Assembly (NCBI GenBank): GCA_050273025.1
Contig: CP158635.1
Coordinates: 18,414,001-18,478,000, forward strand
Origin: Cenococcum geophilum
Lineage: Eukaryota
Reading direction: 5' to 3'
DNA length: 64,000 nucleotides
The notes below the pieces were generated by a model. That model saw only the letters and a program-made list of their open reading frames with translations. It was not told the DNA's origin and did no database searches. The translations under genes were made by a program, and so were the position numbers. Below, piece by piece: positions 27,048-40,000 of this stretch; the first letter of the stretch is position 1, and each line of letters begins with the position of its first letter.

Positions 27048-29599
27048 ATATTAATTCTGCTTCCCCTATATTATTAATATAATTATATATAGCGCTAGCT
27101 TGTCTAGTTTAGGCCCTTTATTCTCTAGTTTAATAAGGATAAAGTTAGTAAGCTAAATATCCCATCTACTCTCGCCTTAGGTAATAGTAGTATAGCCTAA
27201 GGAACGGGTTAAAAAACGGTAGCCGTAAATACTCTATATAGACCGTAATATATAAACCTAATAAATACTTAGCCGTAGTTTAAAGGTAAGACTTAACTAA
27301 ACCTAGTATTTTAGAGCCCGTCTCCTAGTACTAAGTAATTGCCTTTTTAAGCCCTTTAACGTTATAGCCGCTAGTAATTATAAATAGGCCTTAATTAATA
27401 AAGTTAACGTATTAAATCTGGTCCTTGTCGCGGCGGACACTGTCTAGTACTGCTAAGAGCTTCGCCCCCTATAGCGGCTGCGAGGTCTTGCCTTTTAACT
27501 GCTATACGTAGAGCTTAGTAATAGCGGAGATATAGCTATTTATAACTAAGTATTGGACGGTCTCGTTAAATAGGGCGTTTAGGGCCTCCTTATCCTATAT
27601 CTCTTCCTCCTTTATAGCTTCCTTCCCTGCGGCTGCGGCTACCCCTATAGCTGCCTTTCCCCTTAGCGGCCCTCCTGCGGTTGTTTTCTACCTCTTCTTC
27701 GCCCGCTCGCCATCTTTTTACATCTCTTTCCGTTTTAACTTCCGTTTTTAATAGCCAGCGGCCCGTAATTCTTAATTAATAACTTACTACTCTAAAAATA
27801 AGTAAAGCTTATCTTCTGTTACCTAGGCGCCGTTTATATTGCCTTCTAGTCTTATATACCAGTCTTCCCACTCTTTCTACTTTAGCTCGTACGCCCTTAT
27901 AGTATTCTTTAAGCGCTAGGCCTTATAAATATCCTATAGCCATACTGTTTAGGCCTTAAATTCGTTCTGGAGGCTATAGGGGGAGGAGGCTAGGGGGGCT
28001 TCTATAGTAGACTATAGGGTAAGAAGATTCCTAAAAGACTCTATATCCGTAAGAGGTAAGGGGGTAGACATGTAAGCGCGGCATGGGTAAATAAAGCTAC
28101 CGAACGCGTAAATATTAATAGAGAAGGAGAAGAAGAGGGCTCTATATTATAGAATTAGAATTACAGTAGGCCTTTCTATATAAAATTAGAAGCCCCGCGC
28201 GAGCCAGGAGCTAGCGCGGGCATAAGAATAGCAGAGGGTTGGAAAATAGGTTTATCGAGGCGACGATGAGGTCGAAGGCGCGCGATAAGGACCTCTATAC
28301 TAACCCAGTACTAACCTAGGCCTCAAAAACGCGTCCGAAAAGTAGGGGCCACTACCAAAGGGGGGGGTGATATTTGGACGATATGTCGCGGACCTTAGGG
28401 GGTTGTGCGTAACCCGAGGTTATACCAAGCCTAACCCCGACCTCTGATACCTCAGGATGCCCCCAGGGCAAACCCCCGGACACCCCTCGGATGGCCGTCG
28501 GGACGTGCCGGAGGCACGTGCCCGTAGTATATAGTCTCTCCGATCCCAGAGGCCTTACTTCGTCTCCTCCACAACCTATCCTGTTCCTACAATCGTGCCT
28601 TATAGCCCCCTGTCTACAAAGTCCCCTCACACACATAATAAATAGGTCATCAGAAATATTGCAAGAGCGTTTAATTTCCCTATGGTTAGAATCCAACCAT
28701 AAACGAAATATGCTTTGAAACAAGTAAAGGGCATGATTATTAGCTTTCCTTTTAGCTGTACATAGCAGAGCGCACCTTCCGATATCACTTATTATTTTAT
28801 TTCCTACCACTAACGGAAGCATATAAAAATATCCCCCTTGAAACTTTGGGACTACTTTAACTTCTAATAGATTAAATACTCTTGCTTATCCGGAAGTTGA
28901 CTTGGAAAATGCGCCCTAACTTTTGACTGTGATTATGCCAACTTAGCTGGCAAAAGAATTTAAGACATGCCAATTAGAAATTTAGTGTCACGAAGCAGAA
29001 GTCGGATTTTGTGGTAGTTACGGCGAAGAAAGTCTTTTCAGAGGCGGACACTTCTCAAGATCTGAGATGAACTAAATCCAATACATAATACTAAACCAAT
29101 GGCTAAACAACTCGCGCCTCCATCGAAAGATAGCTATATCATTCCTTAAGGAAGAGAGGTAGTATATGCAAGCTGGACTAACAGTATAGATGCATTTTCT
29201 AGGTTTGATACAAAGAGGGACTGATGCTGATTGTAATATCTTCCCTTTTATTAACACTGCGATGACTAAGCGAGTACAATATTTCTGAAGAAGAATCAAG
29301 ACTTACCGACCACGTGACGAACTTCCGGCCTGTTACCCACCACCCTCTTTATCGCCTGCACCTACCTCATATATATATAGTCTCTGTTTCTTTATGGATC
29401 AATCGACACACGAGTTCCTGACCTTGTATTCTCCAGTTAACACAAACGCTGGAAATCTGCTGCTCTTTATATGGTAATAATTTTTCCACTGCAGATATCG
29501 CTAATTCCTTGCACACTTTTGTAGAGGACTGTACGTGTATGCGATGCATCTGCTTTATAGGGAGTTGCAGGCAGGGCCCTGATACAGTTGCAAGTTCTA

Positions 29600-30019
29600 C
29601 GCCTGCGTGAAGGTAGAGCTTCGTGAGGAGCTTCGCGAGAGCTTCGCGAACTAGCTCAGGGGTAAGCCGTGCACGGAGCTCTGCACGGAGCTCCTGACGA
29701 AGCTCTGTGCGAAGCTCTGCAAAAGTTCTACCAAAAGCTCTACAAGAGCTCTACCCACGCTATAAATAGGTGAATAGAGCGCGCAGTGCACAGAGGGGGG
29801 TTCCAAGAGGGTCCCCCCCTTGAAGCTCTGCTCGAAGCTCGTACGATAGTTTGCACAAACGTCTGCACGAACATCTAGACGAACGCTTGCACGAACGCCT
29901 ACATAAAGCTCTGCTCAAAGCTTTATACGAACACGGCCTTCAAAAACAAGCCTAAACCCAAGCTCTATGTAGAGAAGCTCTGCTCAAGGCTCTACGCGAA
30001 GCTCTACATAGAGCTCTAT
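29600..30019 (+). repeat. AGCT-core repeat array, inverted homolog of 11680-12140
   Basis: Units such as GAAGCTCTGCAC / AAAGCTCTAC. It shares the non-repeat junction GGGGTAAGC and the trailing ACGAACGC-type units with the reverse complement of 11680-12140. Confidence 0.75.
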
Positions 30020-32242
30020 CCCTTCGGCTGGTAAAATGGGTCCTACGGTTATCGATAAGAGCCAGCCAATAGAATCAATAAGATCAAGCCTCCGTGATGA
30101 GAAATATGAGGTCGTAGAAACTGTCGATATCTATATACAATTGCTATATACACTCAATCTTTAGAGCGGAGTCGCTCCAAATGAGGAAGCCAACACTTGT
30201 CCTTCCTACAGAACGGTATGTGGCAAACAGAGCAGCCATATAGAGTTTTTGGAGCTCTATGGCGCCTCCTCCAACTCTTACTATCGCGAGCTTTGCGAGT
30301 TGTATTTTGTGAGAGCTCTGAGAGAGGCTTTCTACGCCCTCTATGTTATACTTGAGTCTTCCTGCCGGTCTCTATATAAGCAGAGCAGAACTTCTGATCG
30401 CGTTGTATAAACAGCTTCACAAGCTTATAATCCTCTACCGGGTACCACAAAATATCACTTGTAGAGTAGCGCGTTGGCTTCTCCCGAATATACACTCGCG
30501 AGCGAGTTGATTGCTTAAAGAGAGCCTGCCGAAGATCCTTCCGAAACTGCTTATGTGTATCGCGAGTATTATTGGAGGAGGTGTAGGAGGAGAGTAAAAA
30601 GCAATTAATAAGAATAACGTTAAGTAGGAAGTGCTATAAAGGCTTCTAAGTCTTTATATGTGTCCGCTAAGTATTGTAATAAAATCGTCTTTGGTCTACT
30701 AGATCTACGCCTAGCATATAGTGATTATAGTTGTTTATGAAGGTAGGAATTGGCAGATTTTTAACGACGTTGTTACCGAATACCTTACGGGTTTGTTTAG
30801 TAGAGCTAGTAGTAAGAGCAGGACGCCGGCGAGAGGTAATAACTGATTTCTTCCCTATGGTGATATATGACGTCAGCGGGAAGTGTAAGAGAGAAGCAAG
30901 GTGGATTTCTTACCGTTGTCAATTGTACTCATAAAAAGGACGATTTAAGCGTCTTTCCAAGCAAACTCTATTACTTGTGAGTTCTTTGAGGTAGCTCCGT
31001 AGAGCGTGCCCCACGGTATCTAGGCTATATGGTAGAGCTTAAGATGAGAGAGTCTTTTATCGATTTGCTTAGCGGGGGTCTTCCTTCTGCTTCCTCCAGC
31101 GTTAATTAAGATATCGCCTTCGGAGTCACCTAGCTCCTCGCGCTTTGTTTTGGTTGTTCATACGGTGCCTGCACCTCTAATTCCTAATTGGCGAAGCCTT
31201 GTAAGAAGTTTAACACTTGTAAATAGATTGTCGAGCTAAATGACGTGACGCCCTAGAGAATAGAGAGGCTTATTCGTTTCTGAATCGCGCTGAGTGAGCA
31301 GATTAAGTATAACTGCCTGCGTCTTTGAAAAGCCTTCCTCCTTAGTAAATGTAGTATTAAGATCTACCGGGCCCTTTTTATCGCCTTTAGCGTGCCACAA
31401 CCAATTAAGGACGTAGCCCTCGTTAGCCAGCACCCAAATCTTAAAGCCTTCGGGCGTTAGTTTCAATGGAATATTAACAATTTCGGAAGCGCGTCCTATA
31501 AAGCGTTGGATCGTCTCGTTAACTACAAGGTAAGTTCCGGGGGTATAAAGCTTGCGACAGCTTAATCGGAGGTGTTCAGAAAGGTCGTTAACTCTATTAA
31601 ATGTAGTACATAATGTAGAATCGTCCTTTGGCCAAGGATCTATACACCTAAAATAGCGATTAAGCTGCTGAAATCTCACAAGGCCAATATAGTTTTTAAC
31701 TACATGGCCTGCGCCAGCTGGCTCTATATCGCCCCAGTAATCCTTAATGGCAGATTCTACGGTAATTCCCATATAAATCAGTACTCTAAAGTAGGCATAC
31801 AGTTCCTGCCTGTTTGTCGGTTTCCACTTACGCGTAAACTTAGCTTCCTCTGCAGGATAAAGCTCTATATATTTATTTATCCACTCTGCAAGCTTATCCA
31901 TAATATCATTAATAAAGAAGAGCTTAAATATAGCTAAGGGGTCGTGTAGATTAAGGTCGGGAGGAAGATTTGGGGTGCCATGGTCGTTAAAATTCGCGAT
32001 ATGCAAGGGCTCGAAGTAGGGTAACGGCCACGGCTGCGGGGGGGGTTCTTTTGCTTTCCGAGTCGGTGGAACTGAATATTGAGTCGGTCGAACAAAGTCT
32101 ATATCATTAGAAGTACGATTCGAAGGCATGGTTGAGAGAAATATATCATTGAATCTATGTAGGTCATACGCGTACTTTTGATTCTAGTGTTTTGGTGTTC
32201 TGCGCACGGTCCAATTCTCGTAGGACCCTACCAGCCGAAGGG
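30020..32242 (-). mobile_element. piggyBac DNA transposon, RIP-damaged
   Basis: TIRs CCCTTCGGCTGGTA(aaat)GGGTCCTACG / CGTAGGACCCTACCAGCCGAAGGG enclose the transposase remnant. Confidence 0.88.
30640..32129 (-). pseudogene. piggyBac transposase (DDE_Tnp_1_7-like), inactivated; 3' end approximate
   Basis: VVNETIQRFIGR (first catalytic D changed to N), PEGFKIWVLA, HVI*LDNLFTS (TGG to TAG at 31236-31238) and YNHYMLGVDLVDQRR near 30690-30730. Confidence 0.85.
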
Positions 32243-32434
32243 ATAAGACTCCGTCTAGAGATCTGCTAAATCCTGCGCAAAGCCTCGCTGAGGAACTCAA
32301 TGGGTAGATTCTAGTCATATCTAAGATTGAATGCCAATTTTATTTCCTTTTAGGAAGTCACTGCTACCTAAAAAGCGGAAATATTGTTTTAAAGATGTTT
32401 CTCCGCATGGCAAATTACACTGTCTAATATAAAA

Positions 32435-34339
32435 TTACCATACAGCATCTTCACTACCATCCCCAGACTCCCCTTTAACTAGCTCATCCTTGTACACCGG
32501 TTCAATTTCCATTTCCAATAAAAGCGACTGCTCTGACGCCTTTGACAGACATAATGTAATCTGTCGTGTAAAGAAAGTTTTCATAACTCCAAATCTGCTC
32601 TCCTCGTTCCGCTCGATCGTATCTTTAATACGCATGCCGGGTCCGCACAACGTAAATATCAAGGCCGTCACATCCGTGCTAGAATTAGTCTTCGGTATTT
32701 CTTGCACCACTTCTTCTAGGCTCTTCTCCTGAAACCGGCCGCCTTTGGGGTTCCAGATTTCGCAGTCGAAAAAAGGCTCACGCGACTTGACTACCCGATA
32801 GATGAGGTTAAGACGGGGCTTTGGCCGTGAAGCTTGCTTTGGCGCCTCTTTTGGCTCAGGTGACTGGTTTACGGGGGGGTCCGCAGCTGCTTTGGCTGTT
32901 GTAGCTGTAGCTGTGGTCGTGTTTGTTGGTATTGTCTGCGGTCCAGATTGTCGTAATAGTTCCGTTACACCACTGGCCTGTGGCGCGGATTGTTGCGGTA
33001 AATTTTGGGGCGTTGGACTCCGTGGTGGATCTGTAACACCCGGGTTGTCTGGTGAAGGATTTGATTTCTCTAGGGATGCATTTGCCTTCTTCGGGGAAGT
33101 CTTGGCATGTGGCATTTTGGGGCGGTGAGTTGGGGCCTTCGGTGGGGGACCATATTCACTTAGTGCCTCATCTATCCCGTCGGCCAATACGTAACCGGGT
33201 TTCTTCCATTGTATCCTCTCCCGCGCGGACTTGCGTTTACCTGAACTGGAAGGAGGAGATGGCTCATTAGGTTCTGCTATGCCGTGCTTAGGTTCAACTT
33301 CGTGTACTTTCTGCCGCTTTGCTGGGTGTCTCTCCTCAGGATGCCCGTTAGACTCGGCGAGACTACGCTTGAATGCCTCGATAGGATCCGCAGCCCAGAT
33401 CCGATGGTGAACTGTGCAGTTCCGAGGTGGTGTTGGGGTAGATTTTCCACCGTAATCTATACGATCTTCTCTCTAGACAAATTTAGCATATACATGACCA
33501 GGGCTATGTTCAGCAGAAAGACTTACTTCGGGGCTAGATGGGACATTGTACATGTCATCATCCGTAGCTTCAAACCTACCGCCGGGGTTCATGCGCCCAA
33601 TTCGAGGTGTACGTGGTGGACTAGGACGTCTGGCAAATCCCCTGGGTTCCTCTTTCACTCTTTCTCGCTGTCCAAATCTTGCGTCCCCCAATAATGTCTC
33701 CGTTGATGGACGAGGGCTGAAGATACGGTTAACTGGCTTTCCAGCATGCAACACCATGGACTGACTTACTATGAAGGTGTATGAGACCTGCTGCCATTCT
33801 CTAGTTCTGAATCCCCATCATCTACCTGAATGGGATCGGTCACACTCTGCCCGCGTGTATTTAGACTGGTGGAGCCATCGCGATCCCTTTTCTTGTACTT
33901 TTTATTACGGAATTGTTGTTGATTAAGGCGGAAAAAAAGTTGTTTCATAGTTGACGTAATACTGAACATTGTTAGCGACACAACCAAAATAATTGTGGAT
34001 TTGGCAGCTGCACAATTTCTGATTTTTAGAGTACTCTAATTTTATAGAATTGCCCGCATCGCCCTCAATGTCAGGCCAAAAGACTCTGCCATAATTTTGC
34101 TCGTCGAGAAATTTGCGGGCCATTTTCGTAAGTTCCGATTGATGCTCTGGAGACTTCCAGTCGTGCAAGTCAACGCCAGGGACACCAGTGCTCGTCCGGT
34201 AAGTCCTTCTAAAGGCTCGAACAATATCATTAAAGCCTTGTGCCCGACTGGATGAAGCGTCGCCAAAATTAAGCAGCTTACGCAAGTCGGTGATTTTTGG
34301 TAGGCTGGAGGCTGTTGCTTTACTGCTTGGGGAAGACAT
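32435..34339 (-). pseudogene. Three-exon gene of unknown function with one in-frame TAG at 33473-33475
   Basis: ATG 34339 (MSSPSSK...), an intron ending GCTAAC..TTCAG, an exon reading ITSTMKQLFFRLNQQQFRNKKYKK, then a GTAAGT..CAG intron. The frame continues through a single stop (AKFV*REDRID) into the 32435-33187 ORF. Confidence 0.6.
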
Positions 34340-34748
34340 TGTGGTTGTAAGGCAGAGATGTGCTAGGAGGAGAGAAAGTGTGGGTAAGAAGGAAGTTGGC
34401 GGGGACGGGAAGAACACCCCATTTTCGCTGCGCAAAAGTCGTCTTCTCAGCACTGCCACTGCATGAACTTAATCTGAGACGTTGGGGGCTTCGGGGAACA
34501 CGGGACAATCACCTCACGGCCAATGAACTACCATGTCTCTAACGCATGCGCCCACCTTACGTGCCCACCGTTTGCCACTTTTGATCCCAGCAAGGCTGGC
34601 TTGGTTATGATGCTGCCTAAGTGATTATGCACTTGGTACCTAAAAATGAGTATAAAAGCCCAATGTTGTCCTGTAAGATCTTAGCTCCTTGTCCCTCCCT
34701 TCTCGCTCAGTCCGTCACCCTTGTTGCCCTCATCCACAACCTCCCACA

Positions 34749-35187
34749 ATGTCCGATTCTCTGGTACAATATACACCCTACTCCCTCGGTTCTGACTGCA
34801 ATTGGATCAACATGAAGTGTGTGGCCTTACTCCTCGTAATATATATTTTATACAGTTGGACAAAGAGTCGAAGGGATAGTAAGCAACCCACTGTCCAGAT
34901 CCTGTTGATTTACTGCGGAACTAAATCTTATTTCTCTAGGCTCCTCGCCACAACAGAACAATATAGCAGCAGAGGACTGCACTGCAGAAGAGATCAATAC
35001 CCCAGCGCAGACCAATACATTAGCGCAGATCATTACACCACCACAGATCATTACACCACCGCAGATCGATACACCAGCACAAATCAATTCAACAAATTTC
35101 GCAGAATATCACGATAATATGGGCAGGGTTTACGCTTTATGCCGCCCTACCAGCTCAAAGTCACCAGCAAGGTTGGAGTCCCAATAA
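34749..35187 (+). CDS. Small putative single-pass membrane protein with xQIxTP repeats (intron 34879-34939)
   Basis: TATAAAA lies about 100 bp upstream. A hydrophobic stretch CVALLLVIYILYSW precedes a GTAAGC..TAG intron. The spliced frame contains 18-bp repeats (NTPAQTNTLAQIITPPQIITPPQIDTPAQ). Confidence 0.4.
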
Positions 35188-37066
35188 CCGTCCGCGATTG
35201 TAGCTGATAAACCTGCATGCAGACGGCAGATTTCTATATCTCCAAATAGTGCAAAACACTCTTTGGTTTGTAGGATTGGGGTTAGCTATGCTAAAAGACC
35301 CAGGTTTGCGATTCTAGAGTCCTGATGCAATTGGGATGCGTTCTATGATTTTATTAGTTTGGGATGCAGTTGGTATCTTGTCATGCTTTATCGTCCTTCC
35401 TGCGAATACGCTTCGCGCTTTTTCCTTCACAGCTCTTTCTCGCGTCCTTCATGCTGCTATTCCCGCAACAGAAATCCTTTTATTACCATAGACGATGGAG
35501 TTATTGTCAATTATATAACAACTTACTAAAATCCGCCATGAACCCATACTTCCGCAAACCATCGCATTCCTTCAATTGCAGGTTTAGAATCTGTTCATAT
35601 TTTAAAATAATCCTTCGATCGCTGCGCTAAAATATTTTTTCATTGTAGTTACGCGGGATTGAAATCTGGCGTATGCGCAAGCACGGGTGCGCATTTATTG
35701 GCCCGCTGAGACACCAGCACCTTTGTCGTCCCCACGGAAGAACTATTCTAAGAGTTTCCAATGCAAATCCAAGCCAACAGGAATATTCTTTCAATACGGT
35801 TTCCTTAAATCTCCCTACAGTAGCTCTGAAGTTGTGGTAGAGCTCCGAACTTAGACCTGAACAAAAGGGTTAGCAGGCAGCTCGTTGCAAGGCGTAGTCC
35901 GTTCATTGTTGTCATAACATACGTGTTTATAATAAGTTATTAAAGCACTTTAAAGTAGAATATCCAGACAAGCTTTTATCTACCGAGGAAGTTTTTGATT
36001 ATTTAAAGTCTATATTATTACTCCCCGAGCTAGGCTGAACTGTTTTACGGGATGTGGCTAAGGCCAGAAGGCAACTACTCAGGCAACGATCTAGCTAGTA
36101 CGACGACTCCTGTTCTCTAACTTTCGTATTGCTTCAGCCGTTTCCGGATATTCAAGTACTATTCGACAGAATTTCTAACGCTGGTCGGAATGCTAATTAA
36201 CCTTTGCGGTTGCTTTATATAATTTTTCGAACTAATACATCAGTATAGAAAAGGCATCCACCGTATATTGGCACACTAATTCTACAGTTCTTGTAGATGC
36301 GAGTAGGAATTAGAGGCTTCGTTAGCATATCTTCAAGTAAGATATTGCCAAGAATTGTTGCTACACGAAAATCATCACACACGAAATTTTGGTAAACAAT
36401 TATCTCGCAGCAACAGACGACAGTTTTCAGCTCGTTATCGATAATGAAAAATGGCAGATAACAGGGCATGACAGCCATCATTGGATTATTAGTCTAGGAG
36501 AAATTCGAGCACGACAGTCGTGCGACAGTTGGCAGGCAGTCTCGTGTCTGGGCAGCGTCAATCAACCTAGCTCGACATACCCGCTTTGAACTATGATTCT
36601 TGGGGAGGCCATTACTGCCACGAACGATCCTTATTATAAAGGTGGGGCCTTGGCTTTACGCGAGCTTTGGACAAGGGAACGCCGAGTTATTCCTTTGGGT
36701 GGTGCGCATAGCTAGTTATTTCTTTTTTTAGAAATTCTTAGTTGAAGATAAGCCAATCTTTCAGCCTCGCGAGTAATCTCGCCTGATAAAGCTCAAGAAG
36801 TGAGCCTTGTCAAGTCATCCCTTCGTGTGGCAAGTTTTCTTGGACTTTTCGTATATGCACGCCTCATAAGCCAATCTAGAGGCTCTATACCGTATAGAGC
36901 TTGGTGTTAAAGCCTCCGGTCAGTGCGGTTGCTCAGTGAAGGTGCAGGCGCCTCATTGACGCTTTTGACGCTTAGATATTGCGGTAAACAGTAGCAACGT
37001 GGCCAGGAAGCCCATAATATTTAGTGTAGTTGATCAAAAAGCTTTAATATCAATTTTTCAGTCCTT

Positions 37067-40000
37067 ATGCCGCCCAAAAAAAGTCATGCGTCTTCGGCTC
37101 CGAAGCCTCCAAGGTTGGTTAATAAAGGGCAGAAACTTATAGTCATGATGTCATACATCACAACTTTTTGCCCAGCTTCTTCAAAAAATATACATATGGG
37201 TATTTATAGTGGTGGCCTTCTGCAGTATTTCATCAGCATCGCAATATTGACGCGTTTTGGTAAGGCTTGCTAATAAAATCACGCTAGCTAGGGTGCCTGC
37301 AGCATGTTAACCCAGGCAGGAGCGCCCAAAGCGCCCAATACGAAAAGTCTCTTTTGCTACACAAAGGGATTTAGGCTGGCTTGCGATTGTTTCTCTAAGG
37401 GACCAGCAACCAGGACTTCCACGCCATACCGCCATCACCCGGCCAAGTCGAGAATATCATCTTTGGCGGAAAGAGGGACAAGAGGAAACAGAAGAATGAA
37501 GTACAGACTCAATCATCCGATGCAGGCATCCAGCAAAGAAGGCTGGTCCCGTACCTTCACCGAGCAGTTCACAGCAAAACGCTACCGAACTCGCAGAAGG
37601 TCATGGCGCAACCTATGCTAGCAACGCGAACACAGATGCGACGATACCTCCCCTCATAAACGATAATGCTACTGTGACGGGCCACTCCCAACAACCTGCA
37701 AGACCGTTATCTTAAAGAGAGCAGACAGAGCAGAAAAAGCACAAATTATTCCCAGGCAAAGCTTTGGTTGGCAAACACAAATACAAGCTTGGGATAAAGG
37801 TTCTGAAAGAGCCAGGAAATGCATCGCGGGCAGTGGACATTACTTTTGTCCACGGTCTCACTGGGGGCGCCTTTAATGCACGGCTTGAGGATAAGTTTGG
37901 AATATGTTGGCCACTTGACCTTTTGGGAAATGACCTACCAAAGGCTCGTATGATGACCTTCGGGTACGATGCGGATGTCATGCACGTAAAAGGCCCGATT
38001 TCTTAGAATAATCTCGAAGACAGTGCGGAAACGCTTCCAAATGATTTGGCGAGTTGGACTGGTAAGGTGTTTTCATCTCTTGACACTATTTGCCCCTAGG
38101 ACTGGACCTATCAGTCTTTGTAATTCCGATCTAGTGAGCTGAAGTGTCGACGCCCAATTGACCCAAAAAGACCGGTCCTTTTGGCGAAGCCAAAGAGGAC
38201 GTATTTTACCGGTTGACATGAAGCCAGTTAAGAAGGATAGGAAGATCGTCTGGATCGTGCACAGTCTTGGTGGTCTCATGACTAAGAAGGCTTTGTGTAT
38301 GTCTGGGACGAGCCCCGAAAAGCATCTTAAGCAGCTACACAATTCGACGATTGCAATCGCGTTTCTCGGCACACCTCATAGGGGATTATGGATGGCAGCG
38401 TATGCAGAAGCGGTTGTAAGGTTCTTGAAGCACGTCCGAAAACAAATGAGCCAGGACATTGTAGAGACTTTGAAGCAGACTTCTAGTATTCTGGATGATG
38501 TCGAGAACGCTCTCGACAGATGGGTTCGGAGTAGGGCCGCCGACATCGACATTACATGTTTCTATGAGGAGTTAGAGTTACCGATCGTGGGTGTGGTGAG
38601 TATTGAATCCTTCCCGTCTATGGAACATATGAGTTCAGATAGGTCGTAGACACCGGTTCTAATATCTCTAAGCATTGACGCCTTTTATAGATTTACCTAG
38701 AGTTCTAATTGATCTCTAGGTTGTGGACAAAAATTCTGCCAAGCTCGGTGGTTCTAGCAGGATCGGCATCCACGCAAATCACATGGTACGTAGTCCTAAC
38801 TAAGAGTTCGAATTTGGAGTCCAAAGGACATGATCAAATACGCCAGCCCTGACGACGTCGGCTACAAGCGAGTAAGGCAAGAAATTGTAAGATGGCTAGG
38901 TTAGAACCGTTCGCCTGCTACGCAACGTACTCGACTGATGGGATGACTATGTAGCTGGATTGCAGCCAGAGCTTAATGACTACCAAAAAGTTTCGCAAGG
39001 ACCTTAATAACTTATTGAAACATTTCTAATAACTGAGAATAATGACTAGAGTGCTTGGAGTCTCTATGGTTCCCAGGAATGCTAGATAGGCTACGTGATT
39101 TAACCCCCCAATAGACGAGACATGCAATTGGAATTTTCAACACCCCAACTACCTTAACTAGCTTGATCAAGCTCCCGTATTGTTATGGATTAAAGGAAAC
39201 GCTGGGTCAGGCAAATCAACACTGATAAAGCATTTGTTGCAAGGGCTTTCTACCAAAAAAAGCTCCATCGTCGTATTATTCTTCTTCAAGAAAGAAGATG
39301 CAAAGAACAACGCTTGGATTCTTTCAGTCAATTCATTATTAACTCCTCAAGAGGATGCCTAACGCTGTGTCCAGTTTGACGAAAGCGTTCCTTGAAAATA
39401 AGAACGGAAAGCATCGATCAGGGGCATATGAAGACTTCCATGAGCAGGCGCCTAACGACATGCCTGAACTGACAACTTACCGAATCCAGACAGAGCCTGA
39501 TTGGTTAGAAACGGAGCTCCGAGTGTTAGAACTCGTGAGGATTAAATTGAAGAGAATCTAGCTACTTCTGTAGGGGGGAGGGATCCCCCCTGAAGCACCC
39601 CTGAACTAGGCCCTATTTGGCGTCTGACACCGAGACATTCTGTCGATATCACTTCGGGAATGTGTTAAACGCCATTCAATACGAATCTTAGTTGATGCAT
39701 TGGATGGGTGCTTCAACGAAGAGGAGGTTATCAGCCTAATTAATTAGGCCCAAGATTTAGCCACGAAACTGCGTCGATCCTGTCACTCCTTTGGAATATG
39801 CTTCTCACGTCGAGAATACCCGATCCTGTCTTTAGATGAGGGCCTTCGAATTTCTGTCGACTCAGGAAATAAGGACGGTATCGGTACCTTCGTCTGCCAC
39901 GGACTTCAACGTGAGGAGTTGAGCGAGCATGCAACGGCTTTGCAAAAAGACTTTGAGAGCAGGGCTTCTGGGAACTTTCAATGAGCTGTATTGGTACTTA

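Larger units (their letters stand above)
12680..28350 (-). mobile_element. Crypton (Ndc10-like tyrosine recombinase + GCR1_C) transposon, RIP-inactivated, interrupted by nested Copia; termini approximate
   Basis: The degenerate ORF runs 28071->27053 and 14806->13227. It reads RLKNTIRAYELK*KEWEDW, GESRWDI*LTNF, GKQN*YSKVKYIGYMRN (restored across the Copia TSD), IR*AGR*NMDVIIGAYLSYLP, GFLRLLYALRVILL*D, and a C-terminal GCR1_C-like WTLGLAG...FYSRRRKII. Confidence 0.82.

Noticed and set aside
13227..28071. Starship captain (DUF3435) as the identity of the tyrosine recombinase
   Set aside because: The motifs and the GCR1_C tail match the Crypton/Ndc10 type, not DUF3435.
20027..28822. Short ORFs listed inside the Copia/Crypton nest and at 28352-28822
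   Set aside because: Chance frames in RIP-degraded or non-coding DNA with no recognisable motifs.
35364..36589. ORFs of 66-88 aa between the orphan genes and the NLR
   Set aside because: No domain motifs or convincing splice structure. They could be pseudogene debris, but this cannot be supported.
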